Positions 1-9,333 of a stretch of DNA of 58,815 nt are shown here, piece after piece. The DNA is from Chloroflexota bacterium. GTDB taxonomy: Bacteria; Chloroflexota; Dehalococcoidia; Lucifugimonadales; Australimonadaceae. The notes below the pieces were generated by a model. It was given only the letters and a program-made list of their open reading frames with translations, was not told the DNA's origin and ran no database searches. The stretch covers positions 1 through 58,815 of the forward strand of contig PBEP01000014.1 in assembly GCA_002719775.1 (NCBI GenBank). Direction: 5' to 3'. The position numbers and the translations under genes are program-made. Each line of letters opens with the position of its first letter. The stretch's first letter is position 1.

Positions 1-78
1 CCTCTGCCTCTGCAACAGGAGTGTCTTCTGCCTCTGCAACAGGAGTGTCCTCTGCCTCTGCAACAGGAGCTTCTGGAG
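1..78 (-). repeat. 24-bp coding tandem repeat (about 3 units, continues off the left edge) inside the 3' extension of rplC
   Basis: Unit 7-30 is cctctgcaacaggagtgtcttctg and unit 31-54 is cctctgcaacaggagtgtcctctg. Unit 55-78 shares the first 15 nt, and 1-6 is the tail of a further unit. On the minus strand each unit reads PVAEAEDT in the L3 frame. Confidence 0.9.
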
Positions 79-769
79 CAGAAACTTCTATCAGTGAAGT
101 TTCTGGTTCCTGATTGTTATCCTCTTCAACACGAGGGGGTAATTTGGACTCATCAAGTTCAGTGTGTCTGACTACTAAAAAACCATTGGTAGAACCAGGA
201 ATAGCACCACGAACCAACAATAGGTTGCGATCCAAATCCACTCGTTCAATTCTCAATTTTTTAACTGTTACTTGCTTGCCGCCCATCCTACCCGGCATAG
301 CTTTACCTTTAAAAACCCGACCTGGGTATGTACCCGCCCCTATGGAACCAGGAGACCGCTGCCTATCACCTTGCCCGTGAGTTTTGGGCCCACCACCATA
401 GCCATGCCTGCGAACTACGCCCTGGAAACCACGGCCTTTAGACGTAGCAGTGATATCCACATATTCACCAGGCCTGAATTCATTTGCCCTCAATTCTTCG
501 CCAACGGTATGTTGGGAAAAATCAGTAGAGCTAAACTCTCTAAGGTATTTAAGATCGCCGTTTGATTTAAGGTGTCCTTTCTTAGGTTTGGTTAATTGTT
601 TAGCTCGTCCATAACCAACTTGAATAGCATCATAACCATCAGAAAGAACCGTTTTTACTTGAGTTACTATACAGGGGCCGACCTCAACAACCGTCACAGG
701 CACTACTTCAGCTTCTGAGCTAAAGTAGTGAGTCATCCCAATCTTTTTACCTAGCAACCCTGTAATCAT
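1..769 (-). CDS. rplC: 50S ribosomal protein L3, 3' end runs off the window (canonical about 203 aa plus at least 53 aa acidic extension)
   Basis: Absent from the ORF track because no stop is reached. My minus-strand translation from ATG 769 gives MITGLLGKKIGMTHYFSSEAEVVPVTVVEVGPCIVTQVKTV..., and later ...AMPGRMGGKQVTVKKLRIERVDLDRNLLLVRGAIPGSTNGFLVVRHT. These are the canonical L3 blocks. The gene starts 3 nt after the rpsJ stop. Confidence 0.9.
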   Translation of the reverse strand, partial: MITGLLGKKIGMTHYFSSEAEVVPVTVVEVGPCIVTQVKTVLSDGYDAIQVGYGRAKQLTKPKKGHLKSNGDLKYLREFSSTDFSQHTVGEELRANEFRPGEYVDITATSKGRGFQGVVRRHGYGGGPKTHGQGDRQRSPGSIGAGTYPGRVFKGKAMPGRMGGKQVTVKKLRIERVDLDRNLLLVRGAIPGSTNGFLVVRHTELDESKLPPRVEEDNNQEPETSLIEVSAPEAPVAEAEDTPVAEAEDTPVAEAE

Positions 770-772
770 GTT

Positions 773-1123
773 TTACAACTTTATCGCAATGTCCACACCA
801 GCTGGCATTTGCAGCCGAGTAAGAGCATCTATTGTTTTTGAATTTGGATCAACAATGTCCATCAAGCGCTTGTGAATTCTCAGCTCAAAATGTTCACGAG
901 AATTTTTATCAACATGCGGTGATCGAATAACACACCAACGACGAATCCGGGTTGGCATTGGAACCGGGCCCACAACAGCCACACCTGTTCGCTCTGCTGC
1001 GTCCACAATTTGAGCAGTAGACTGGTCTAGAAGACGATGATCAAAAGCCTTTAGGGTGATGCGAAGATTTTGCCTTTGCGCACCAGCCCCTCGATTTCTT
1101 GTTGCTGTTTGTTCAACCATCAA
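773..1123 (-). CDS. rpsJ: 30S ribosomal protein S10
   Basis: 116-aa ORF with the S10 blocks [15 protein letters not shown] and [19 protein letters not shown] lies upstream of the ATG. It sits directly upstream of rplC. Confidence 0.95.
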   Translation of the reverse strand: MMVEQTATRNRGAGAQRQNLRITLKAFDHRLLDQSTAQIVDAAERTGVAVVGPVPMPTRIRRWCVIRSPHVDKNSREHFELRIHKRLMDIVDPNSKTIDALTRLQMPAGVDIAIKL

Positions 1124-1138
1124 TTACTCCCAATATTC

Positions 1139-3208
1139 CTAAGCGCTTCGTGCGACCGCTTCAACAGTTGACGAAGGTGCTTCGTGATATCTGCTGAACT
1201 GCATGCTATAATTAGCCCTGCCTTGAGTAGCAGATCGAAGATCAGTAGCATAGCCAAACATTGAAATTAGTGGCACCTCTGCATCTACTACCTGAGTATC
1301 ACCTTCACCTTCCATTGTACGAATTTTGCCTCGGCGGCTACTTAGGTCTGCTAAAACATCACCTAAATACTGGCCAGGCGTAATAACCTGAAGCTCCATC
1401 AATGGTTCTAACAAAATTGAACCGGCTTTACGTAGTGCCTCTTTAATAGCCATAGACCCGGCAATGCGAAAAGCCATTTCCGATGAATCGACGGGGTGAA
1501 AGGTCCCATCCACCAAAGAAACTTTTACGTCTAAAACTTGATAGCCACCGATTATGCCAGAAGCCAACGCTTCTTCCGCTCCCTTGCGAACTGCGGGTAT
1601 GAATTCTCTAGGAATAGCACCGCCACGAATTTTATCATCAAAGACAAAGCCTGATCCTTCCTCTCCAGGTTCCAGATCTATAACGCAGTGGCCGTATTGC
1701 CCATGTCCTCCAGATTGTCGAACAAAGCGACCTTCCGAATGAGCAGGCTTGGTTATCGCTTCCCTATATGCCACCTGAGGGCGTCCCACTGCCGCTTCCA
1801 CTGAAAATTCACGCCGCATCCTGTCCACCAAAATTTCAAGGTGTAATTCACCCATACCTGACATGATTGTCTGTCCAGTTTCGTCATCGTAACGCACTTG
1901 GAAAGTAGGATCCTCTTCAGCGAGTTTTATTAAAGCATCAGTAAGTTTGTCTTGTTCCGCACGAGTTTTAGGCTCAATTGCAACAGAGATTACTGGTTCT
2001 GCAAAACTGATAGCTTCAAGCATTACGGGATTACGTTCATCACATATTGTCTCGCCAGTGAATGTATTTTTAAGTCCCACTGCGGCTGCAATTTCCCCAG
2101 CACCCACCTCTTCGATTTCTTCGCGGCGGTTTGCATGCATCAGGACAACTCTACCCAATCTTTCGCGAACACCCTTGCTCGAGTTATAAACGCTAGACCC
2201 AGCCTTAATGCTTCCTGAATAGACTCTGAAATAAACCAAACGCCCCACGTAGGGATCAGTAACAATTTTAAAGGCGAGGGCACTAAATGCTTCCGCTGAA
2301 TCAGCATTCCTCTCAATGGTTTCACCCGATTGAGGATGTGTGCCTTGAACCGCAGGGACATCTAAAGGAGACGGGAGGTAATCTAAAACCGCATCGAGCA
2401 GAAGTTGAATACCTAAACTCTGCAGCGCAGAACCGCATAACACAGGCACCGCTTTGTTGGAAACAGTAGCCCGGCGAAGACCAACTTTCAGTTCCTCAGA
2501 TGAAATTTCATCCCCGCTCAAATAGCGCTCGAGCAATTCATCATCGCTTTCTGCGATGCGCTCAATCATCTCATCTCTAACTTTGGACACTTGATCATTA
2601 AGTTCTTGAGGTATTTCAGATTCCTTCATGGAACCCTGACCGTCTCTCTCAAATATCCATGCCTTGAGGTCAATTAGATCCACAACGCCCGTATATGACT
2701 CTTCCGAGCCTATAGGGAATTGAACAGGAATAGGACGCCCATTCAATCGCTGCCGAACCATCTCTATTGTTCTATTAAAATCAGCACCGACTCTATCCAT
2801 TTTATTAATGAAACAAATTCTAGGAACGGAATAACGTTCAGCCTGTCTCCATACTGTCTCTGATTGAGGCTGGACACCGGCTACAGCATCAAATACGACA
2901 ACCCCGCCGTCTAAAACCCTAAGGCTTCGTTCTACTTCAGCAGTGAAATCAACGTGCCCAGGAGTATCTATGATATTTACTGTATGATCTTGCCAATCGC
3001 ATTTAGTGGCTGCCGCAGTAATGGTGATCCCTCTTTCACGCTCTTGGGCCATCCAGTCCATAACCGCCGTGCCTTCATGGACCTCGCCAATTTTGTAGGT
3101 CCTCCCAGAGAAAAAAAGTACACGTTCAGTTACTGTAGTTTTGCCCGCATCTATATGCGCTATAAAACCTATATTGCGTACTTTACTCAATTCAGACTTA
3201 GTAACCAT
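1139..3208 (-). CDS. fusA: Elongation factor G
   Basis: 689 aa with GTPase motifs [17 protein letters not shown] and NKMDR. It is a full-length five-domain EF-G and follows rpsG. Confidence 0.97.
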   Translation of the reverse strand: MVTKSELSKVRNIGFIAHIDAGKTTVTERVLFFSGRTYKIGEVHEGTAVMDWMAQERERGITITAAATKCDWQDHTVNIIDTPGHVDFTAEVERSLRVLDGGVVVFDAVAGVQPQSETVWRQAERYSVPRICFINKMDRVGADFNRTIEMVRQRLNGRPIPVQFPIGSEESYTGVVDLIDLKAWIFERDGQGSMKESEIPQELNDQVSKVRDEMIERIAESDDELLERYLSGDEISSEELKVGLRRATVSNKAVPVLCGSALQSLGIQLLLDAVLDYLPSPLDVPAVQGTHPQSGETIERNADSAEAFSALAFKIVTDPYVGRLVYFRVYSGSIKAGSSVYNSSKGVRERLGRVVLMHANRREEIEEVGAGEIAAAVGLKNTFTGETICDERNPVMLEAISFAEPVISVAIEPKTRAEQDKLTDALIKLAEEDPTFQVRYDDETGQTIMSGMGELHLEILVDRMRREFSVEAAVGRPQVAYREAITKPAHSEGRFVRQSGGHGQYGHCVIDLEPGEEGSGFVFDDKIRGGAIPREFIPAVRKGAEEALASGIIGGYQVLDVKVSLVDGTFHPVDSSEMAFRIAGSMAIKEALRKAGSILLEPLMELQVITPGQYLGDVLADLSSRRGKIRTMEGEGDTQVVDAEVPLISMFGYATDLRSATQGRANYSMQFSRYHEAPSSTVEAVARSA

Positions 3209-3220
3209 AAAATACCTGGC

Positions 3221-3691
3221 TTACCACCTATAATGGACGAATGCTCTATTAGCTTCAGCCATCCGGTGTAGCTCATCCCTTCTTCTAACTGCAGCTCCCT
3301 GCCCCCTAGATGCTTCTACCAGCTCAGAAGCCAAACGTTCATGCATTGGGCTTCCGCTTCGAGACCTTGCTGCAGTAATAACCCAGCGCATAGCCAAAGC
3401 ATTACGCCTATTCTCTGCCACTTCTACGGGCACTTGATAAGTCGCACCGCCAACTCGACGAGATTTGACCTCAACTGCAGGTGTAACATTGCGCATCGCT
3501 TGCTGGAAAACTTCCATTGCCTCACGGTTCGTTTCTCCTGCAACTGAATCAAGCGCTTTATAAACAACCCGCTGAGCTACAGTTTTTTTTCCGTTTAACA
3601 TCACCCTATTTATGAAGCTTGAAAGCTCCCGGCTTCCATACTTCGGGTCAGGAATTGGAATCCTCTGCACAGCCCTACGCCGTCTCGCCAT
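3221..3691 (-). CDS. rpsG: 30S ribosomal protein S7
   Basis: 156 aa starting MARRRRAVQRIPIPDPKYGS, with VEVKSRRVGGATYQVPVEV, and occupying the str-operon position. Confidence 0.97.
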   Translation of the reverse strand: MARRRRAVQRIPIPDPKYGSRELSSFINRVMLNGKKTVAQRVVYKALDSVAGETNREAMEVFQQAMRNVTPAVEVKSRRVGGATYQVPVEVAENRRNALAMRWVITAARSRSGSPMHERLASELVEASRGQGAAVRRRDELHRMAEANRAFVHYRW

Positions 3692-3721
3692 TCGACTCTC
3701 CTAAATCCATCCATGCACTAG

Positions 3722-3745
3722 CCATGTGAGTTTATAGTCACATGG
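3722..3745 (-). promoter_or_regulatory. 8-bp perfect hairpin in the rpsL-rpsG intercistronic spacer (candidate S7 translational operator)
   Basis: ccatgtga (3722-3729) pairs with tcacatgg (3738-3745) around an 8-nt loop. It lies in a 126-nt spacer, which is long for this compact window. Confidence 0.3.
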
Positions 3746-3817
3746 GCCACTAAATTTTACCCTTAAGTTCTGGACTAAAAGTACGCGAAGGAAAATTCCG
3801 CGAAACTACACTAAGTA

Positions 3818-4237
3818 CTAGCCGCCCGAACCACGTTTGGTGCCGTACTTACTCCGCCCTCGCTGCCGACCATTTACACCTGTCGCATCCAATGCACCAC
3901 GAATTACGTGATACCTAACGCCAGGCAAGTCTTTAACTCGGCCTCCTCGGATCAGTACAACTGAATGCTCTTGAAGCGTGTGGCCCTCACCAGGAATGTA
4001 AGCTGTAACTTCCATACCATTAGTCATGCGCACCCGAGCCACTTTTCGCAGAGCGGAGTTCGGTTTCTTCGGTGTAACAGTACGAACTTGCACACAAACT
4101 CCCAATTTTTGCGGACTTCCATCCCCTCTATAAACTCTGTTTTTGAGGGTATTTCTAACAAACCGCAACGCGGGAGCCTTAGTTTTTTTGACCGAACGAG
4201 AGCGGCCGTTTCGTACTAATTGATTTACCGTTGGCAT
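3818..4237 (-). CDS. rpsL: 30S ribosomal protein S12
   Basis: 139 aa starting [12 protein letters not shown], with [27 protein letters not shown] lies upstream of the ATG. Confidence 0.97.
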   Translation of the reverse strand: MPTVNQLVRNGRSRSVKKTKAPALRFVRNTLKNRVYRGDGSPQKLGVCVQVRTVTPKKPNSALRKVARVRMTNGMEVTAYIPGEGHTLQEHSVVLIRGGRVKDLPGVRYHVIRGALDATGVNGRQRGRSKYGTKRGSGG

Positions 4238-4257
4238 ACCTTCTCCACGTCAATCTT

Positions 4258-4285
4258 AAAAGGAGCGACAAAAAAAAGCCGCTCC
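4258..4285 (-). terminator. Terminator-like hairpin plus U4 in the rpsL 5' leader (possible attenuator)
   Basis: The minus-strand RNA reads GGAGCGGC-UUUUUUUU-GUCGCUCC, an 8 bp stem with one G-U pair. It is followed by UUUUAAG and sits about 20 nt before the rpsL SD. No upstream co-directional gene exists for it to terminate. Confidence 0.4.
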
Positions 4286-4304
4286 ATAGAGTGACAACGG
4301 AGGA

Positions 4305-4333
4305 ATGCTACCAGCTACGCTTAAAGCTGTCAA
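4305..4333 (-). promoter_or_regulatory. Candidate sigma-70-type promoter of the rpsL-rpsG-fusA-rpsJ-rplC block
   Basis: On the minus strand: TTGACA (4333-4328), a 17-nt spacer, then TAGCAT (4310-4305). This is about 70 nt upstream of the rpsL ATG. Confidence 0.45.
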
Positions 4334-4412
4334 CGTTAACATGCGCTGACCGTCATTTAGTTTTTTTAAGAATTTTGTAAAAACTTTGCACTTCAGAATA
4401 TATAATGATGGA

Positions 4413-4988
4413 ATGAAAGAAGGCAAAGGCAAAAACCGAAACCCTGTGATTACCACAAAGAATGGTGATGACGGAACAACAGGCATGTTCCTTGGTGGAA
4501 GAGTGCTCAAAAACGACGAAAGGGTTGAAGCTTTTGGTGCCATCGATGAGGCTATTTCTTCCCTCGGATTTGCAAGGTCTTTAATTTCCGATTTGAAGAT
4601 TAAGGCTATTGTGGAAAATTTGCAGCGTGACTTATTTATAGTAGGAGCTGAATTAGCAACGCTCAAAATCAATTGGTCTCAGCTAGCTGAGACTGGACAA
4701 ATAGTTAGTGAATCTATGGTGTTAAAGATAGAAGAGCTTCAAGAATCATTATATGAGTGTATCGAACTACCTAAATCATTTATTGTGCCTGGTGATTCTC
4801 AAGAATCGGCGGTGATTGATATATCACGCACCCTGATCAGGAAGGCCGAACGAAAATTGATTATTTTAATCAAAAATAATGAAGTCGAAAATCCTAATTT
4901 GCTACGCTATTTGAATAGAGCAAGTGATTTAGCCTTTGTGTTAGCCCGCTACTTAGATAAAAATAAACCCTACAACAAACTCCATTAG
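4413..4988 (+). CDS. PduO/MMAB-type ATP:cob(I)alamin adenosyltransferase
   Basis: TKNGDDGTTGMFLGGRVLKNDERVEAFGAIDE is the family N-terminal signature. The ORF opens at TTG 4386, but ATG 4413 gives a family-typical length of 191 aa. Confidence 0.8.
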   Translation: MKEGKGKNRNPVITTKNGDDGTTGMFLGGRVLKNDERVEAFGAIDEAISSLGFARSLISDLKIKAIVENLQRDLFIVGAELATLKINWSQLAETGQIVSESMVLKIEELQESLYECIELPKSFIVPGDSQESAVIDISRTLIRKAERKLIILIKNNEVENPNLLRYLNRASDLAFVLARYLDKNKPYNKLH

Positions 4989-5009
4989 CTTGAGTAAGGC
5001 AAATAGACT

Positions 5010-5627
5010 TTGAACCACATAACAATAGTAGATTTCGGTGCCGGAAACCTTCGTAGCGTGCAAAATGCTTTCGCTTATCTGGGATTCAAATCAAAAATAA
5101 CCTCCGATCCTGATTTGATTAGCACTTCATCAGCGCTAGTCTTACCTGGTCAGGGGTCAGCAGCTCCAGCGATGAGTAAGCTCAAATCAACGAAGATGGA
5201 TCTTGCAATCAAAGATTTCATAAATAGTGAGAGACCTTTTCTAGGAATTTGCCTTGGCTTTCAACTACTGTTTGATCGCTCAGAAGAAAATGACACTGCT
5301 TGCTTAGGGCTGTTGCCTGGTACAGTACAAAAATTCCCCAACACTCAAAAAGTTCCACAAATTGGATGGAATTCTGTCGAAATTATTCAAGATCATTCAA
5401 TCTTTGACGGGATTCCCAATCAAAGTTATTTTTATTTCGCTCATAGCTATTACGTAAAACCTAGTGACACAAATTTAATTTTAGGGAAAACAAAATATGG
5501 ACTGGGGTTTTCTAGCGTAATAGCCCAAAAAAACATAATCGCTGCACAATTCCATCCAGAGAAAAGTGGAGAAGTAGGGTTACGTTTTTACGAAAATTTC
5601 ACAAAAAAATTCTCGATTAGTCCCTAA
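5010..5627 (+). CDS. hisH: Imidazole glycerol phosphate synthase, glutaminase subunit
   Basis: 205 aa with a TTG start. Class-I GATase with the catalytic Cys in GICLGFQLL and FHPEKS near the C-terminus. Confidence 0.93.
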   Translation: MNHITIVDFGAGNLRSVQNAFAYLGFKSKITSDPDLISTSSALVLPGQGSAAPAMSKLKSTKMDLAIKDFINSERPFLGICLGFQLLFDRSEENDTACLGLLPGTVQKFPNTQKVPQIGWNSVEIIQDHSIFDGIPNQSYFYFAHSYYVKPSDTNLILGKTKYGLGFSSVIAQKNIIAAQFHPEKSGEVGLRFYENFTKKFSISP

Positions 5628-5649
5628 CCAAACCCCTAGGAGGATACCG

Positions 5650-6390
5650 ATAGAAGTCATCCCTGCCATAGACATCAGAAACAATCAAGTAGTTCGCTTA
5701 TTCCAAGGAGACTACTCTAGAGAGACTATTTTCAGTGACGACCCAGTGGAGATATCAAAATCATTCGCAACTGCAGGTGCCTCAACTATTCATATGGTAG
5801 ACCTGGACGGTGCTCTCAATGGGAAACCAAAACATTTAGAACTTTTAAGCAAAGTTAAGAAGGCAACGGGGATTAACCTACAATTTGGTGGAGGGATAAG
5901 AGACCTAGAATCATTAAAAGCTATTTTTAGCACCGGAGTCGACAGAGCCGTCCTTGGTACAGCCGCAGTTGATAATCCAGAGTTCGTTAAAAAAGCTGTG
6001 CACGAGTTCGGCAGTGACAAGATAGTCATCGGGCTTGATACCAAAAATGGAATTGTTGCAATAAAAGGGTGGATTCAGTCAGGAGGAAAGGACACTCTTG
6101 AGCTAATTACTGCTATGTCAGAAATCGGACTCATTAGGTTTGTGTATACTGACATATCACGTGACGGGACGTTATCTTCTCCAAATTTCCAATCCATTTC
6201 AAAATTACTAGTTCAGGGATCAAGGATTAATTCCGAACTAAAAATTATTGCTTCAGGTGGCATTGCCAATATTGACCATCTACACAAACTAGCTGATATA
6301 GGGGTAGAAGGGGCTATCATAGGAAGCGCTCTCTACACAGACAGGGTTGATTTAAGCGAGGCTGTCAATTCTTTGCAGCGCACTAATTAG
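5650..6390 (+). CDS. hisA: ProFAR isomerase HisA, with a probable non-canonical ATA start
   Basis: The track ORF (GTG 5746) lacks the conserved N-terminus. The same frame upstream reads I-E-V-I-P-A-I-D-I-R-N-N-Q-V-V-R-L-F-Q-G-D-Y, the HisA catalytic Asp block. The second Asp block is TDISRDGT. AGGAGG at 5638-5643 lies 6 nt before ATA 5650. There is no ATG, GTG, TTG or CTG in frame between stop 5575-5577 and 5746. Confidence 0.85.
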   Translation: MEVIPAIDIRNNQVVRLFQGDYSRETIFSDDPVEISKSFATAGASTIHMVDLDGALNGKPKHLELLSKVKKATGINLQFGGGIRDLESLKAIFSTGVDRAVLGTAAVDNPEFVKKAVHEFGSDKIVIGLDTKNGIVAIKGWIQSGGKDTLELITAMSEIGLIRFVYTDISRDGTLSSPNFQSISKLLVQGSRINSELKIIASGGIANIDHLHKLADIGVEGAIIGSALYTDRVDLSEAVNSLQRTN

Positions 6391-6420
6391 CATTTGGTAA
6401 GGCAAACAAGGTTGTCCTTG

Positions 6421-6449
6421 TTGACAGGCATTTACGACAATCCTATCGT
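6421..6449 (+). promoter_or_regulatory. Candidate sigma-70-type promoter for the acyl-CoA synthetase gene
   Basis: TTGACA (6421-6426), a 17-nt spacer, then TATCGT (6444-6449), 33 nt before ATG 6482. A 7-bp hairpin aacaagg/ccttgtt (6405-6422) abuts it downstream of hisA. Confidence 0.45.
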
Positions 6450-6481
6450 GGCCTGAAATAGTTTAGATAAACGGGGAACAT

Positions 6482-8233
6482 ATGGAAACAAGTTATTCGC
6501 CAATACTTAAGGATCCCAAAAGTGCAAGTGAGCATAACCTTGGAGAGTATTCTGGTTTTGCTGCTGATTTCAGCCTTAATTCTGCTGAGTCAGAATTGGA
6601 TTGGCTGCCGAATGGTGGACTCAATATTGCTTATGAGGCTATAGACAGACATTGCAAAACAAATAGGCAGTATAAAAAGGCCTTAATTTGGGAAGGTAAA
6701 GCTGGTGAAACTGAATCTTATACATTCGAAGATTTGCGTTTACTCACAAACAAATTTGCTAACGTTTTGCAAAATCTTGGTCTTTCAAAGGGGGATCGGG
6801 TTTTTACATTCATGGAACGCCTCCCTGAAATTTACATTACAGCTTTTGGAACCTTAAAGGCTGGGTGTATTATTGGTCCACTTTTCTCAGCTTTCGGACC
6901 TGATCCAGTTAAAGATAGACTGGAAAACTCAGGCGCTACAGTCCTAGTTACTCAACCAGAGCTAAGAGCTCGTATAGCTGAAATTCTTCCTTCACTTCCA
7001 GAATTAAAGCACATTATCGTCGTAAACAAATTTGGAAGAGCAGAAAACCCGTTAGTTGAAAATGATTTGGAATGGTCTGATCTAATGAATTTAGCCTCTG
7101 ATGAGTTTAATTCTATTGAAACCTCAAGAGATGATTATTCAATAATGCATTACACCTCCGGAACCACAGGAAAGCCAAAGGGAGCTGTACACAGACACAA
7201 TTCTGTAATTCAACAATATATAACCGGCAAGTGGGTCTTGGATTTGAGACCAGACGATGTTTATTGGTGCACCGCTGATCCTGGTTGGGTTACAGGCACT
7301 TCATATGGCATGGTAGCACCTTGGACAAACGGAGTAACTCAAATTGTATATGAGGGTGGATTTAGTGCCAGAAAATGGTATGACATTATTCAGCAATACG
7401 GCGTAACTGTCTGGTACACAGCCCCTACCGCTATCAGAATGCTGATGAAACAAGGCGCCGATTTGCCGAAATCATATGATTTGAGTTCATTGAGATACAC
7501 AGCCTCTGTTGGTGAGCCCTTGAATCCTGAGGCTGTAGTATGGGGGATTAATGCAATTGGCATGCCGATTCATGATAACTGGTGGCAAACTGAAACCGGA
7601 GCAATCATGATCGCAAATTATCCTTCAATGGACATACGGCCGGGTTCAATGGGCAAACCACTGCCAGGAATTAATGTCGGAATCATCGATGAAGAAGGCA
7701 ATGAGAAGCCCGTTGGGGAAGGAGGGAACTTGGCAGTCCAGCCGGGCTGGCCATCTATGTTCCAAGCATATTGGCAAGATTCTGAACGCTACGATTCTCG
7801 TTTTAAACAAGGCTGGTACTTAACTGGTGATGAAGCATACAAAGACGAGGACGGTTACTACTGGTTTGTAGGACGTTCAGATGATGTAATCAACACCGCT
7901 GGCCATTTGGTTGGTCCTTTTGAAGTGGAAAGTGCGCTAATTGAACATCCAGCTGTAGCGGAAGCAGGTGTAATAGGAAAGCCTGACCCGATAGCAATGG
8001 AAGTAGTTAAAGCGTTTGTTTCATTGAAGGAAGGCTATGAAGCTAGTGATTCACTTCGACGAGATATTACGGGGTTCGTTAGGACCAAGCTAGCAGCAGC
8101 AGTTGCCCCTAGAGAAATTGAAATCATTGACTCCCTCCCCAAAACTAGATCAGGAAAAATCATGAGAAGGTTACTTAAGGCCCGCGAACTTGGTTTGCCA
8201 GAAGGTGATACGTCTACTTTGGAAGAAGATTAA
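6482..8233 (+). CDS. acsA: AMP-forming acetyl-/acyl-CoA synthetase (short AcsA type)
   Basis: 583 aa with the YTSGTTGKPKG AMP-binding loop, WWQTETG and C-terminal SGKIMRR. Confidence 0.88.
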   Translation: METSYSPILKDPKSASEHNLGEYSGFAADFSLNSAESELDWLPNGGLNIAYEAIDRHCKTNRQYKKALIWEGKAGETESYTFEDLRLLTNKFANVLQNLGLSKGDRVFTFMERLPEIYITAFGTLKAGCIIGPLFSAFGPDPVKDRLENSGATVLVTQPELRARIAEILPSLPELKHIIVVNKFGRAENPLVENDLEWSDLMNLASDEFNSIETSRDDYSIMHYTSGTTGKPKGAVHRHNSVIQQYITGKWVLDLRPDDVYWCTADPGWVTGTSYGMVAPWTNGVTQIVYEGGFSARKWYDIIQQYGVTVWYTAPTAIRMLMKQGADLPKSYDLSSLRYTASVGEPLNPEAVVWGINAIGMPIHDNWWQTETGAIMIANYPSMDIRPGSMGKPLPGINVGIIDEEGNEKPVGEGGNLAVQPGWPSMFQAYWQDSERYDSRFKQGWYLTGDEAYKDEDGYYWFVGRSDDVINTAGHLVGPFEVESALIEHPAVAEAGVIGKPDPIAMEVVKAFVSLKEGYEASDSLRRDITGFVRTKLAAAVAPREIEIIDSLPKTRSGKIMRRLLKARELGLPEGDTSTLEED

Positions 8234-8257
8234 TTCTAAGAAAGAAATGGTGCCTCA

Positions 8258-9328
8258 GTGAAAGTGCCAGATTTACTTAATGTTCTAGTCATTGCTCAGG
8301 CAAATGACGAATCGCTACAAAAAATAAAAAAGGTCAACCCTCAGAGACTAAATGTGATTCCTGCTTACGCAGAATTCTTAGATGAAATTGTTGCAGATAA
8401 TTACGAAATGATGTCACGTAGAGGGGAAATACCCTTAGAACCAAAATGGACACCCGCAGAACGTGAAGCAACTCTAGCAAGTGCACATGCTATTTTCTTA
8501 AGCTTCCCATTCCCTAAAACACTAGTCCGTAGAGCCAAGAATGCTCTTTGGTTCCATTGCCCTTTCGCTGGCGTCTCAAACCTTAAAGGCACAGATTATT
8601 GGGGTGCTAAACCTAAATTTACTACATCAAGAGGTTACACTCAGGCTCTTCCGATAGCTGAAACAGCAGTTGGCGCAGCTTTGATGTTCGCTAAAAGATT
8701 AGACGCAGCCGCAGTCAACACTAAGGCCAATAAGTTTGAACGATCTGAAGCCGGGCAAATGGTACTACTCGAGGGCAAGACAATAGGTATTGTTGGGCTT
8801 GGTGGTATTGGTAGGCACGTGGCTCGACTTTCAAAGGGACTAGGAATGAGAGTCTTAGCAACTCGTCGTTCTATTAAGAAAAAAATTGAAAACAGTGAGG
8901 GCGTTGATATTCTTTATCCCGCTAATTTATTGCATGAAATGTTACCCGAATGCGATTTTTTGGTAATTGCTACTATGTGGACAGATGAAACTCAGCATTT
9001 GATAAACAGTAATGCATTTGAGTTAATGAAACAGGGGTCTAGTTTAATTAATATTGCGCGAGGTGAAATTGTGGAGGAATTGTCTTTAGTGGACGCACTT
9101 AATTCTGGCAAGCTCGCGCATGCTTATATTGATGTTTATAAAGATGATTTCACAAAACCGCCTTCTAAAGCATTAGCTTCAGCTAAAAACATCGTCATAA
9201 CTCCTCATATTTCTGGAAGGTCAGATATAAGCCACGCATTTTCAGTTGACGTTTTTTGTAACAATATTCAACGGTTATTGGGTGGAGAGGAGATGGAAAA
9301 TTTGGTCGACTGGGAGCGGGGCTACTGA
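8258..9328 (+). CDS. D-isomer-specific 2-hydroxyacid dehydrogenase family protein (paralog 1)
   Basis: 356 aa with a GTG start. Rossmann motif GIVGLGGIGRHVA; NIARGE and TPHISG carry the catalytic Arg and His positions. Confidence 0.85.
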   Translation: MKVPDLLNVLVIAQANDESLQKIKKVNPQRLNVIPAYAEFLDEIVADNYEMMSRRGEIPLEPKWTPAEREATLASAHAIFLSFPFPKTLVRRAKNALWFHCPFAGVSNLKGTDYWGAKPKFTTSRGYTQALPIAETAVGAALMFAKRLDAAAVNTKANKFERSEAGQMVLLEGKTIGIVGLGGIGRHVARLSKGLGMRVLATRRSIKKKIENSEGVDILYPANLLHEMLPECDFLVIATMWTDETQHLINSNAFELMKQGSSLINIARGEIVEELSLVDALNSGKLAHAYIDVYKDDFTKPPSKALASAKNIVITPHISGRSDISHAFSVDVFCNNIQRLLGGEEMENLVDWERGY

Positions 9329-9333
9329 ATACA

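Noticed and set aside
4256-4672. 138-aa minus-strand ORF
   Set aside because: It overlaps the adenosyltransferase gene and the rpsL leader, has no recognisable motif, and is a shadow ORF.
5010-6390. hisH-hisA without hisB/hisF as a sign of a decayed operon
   Set aside because: Both genes look intact, with catalytic residues present. Dispersed his genes are common, so nothing here indicates pseudogenisation.
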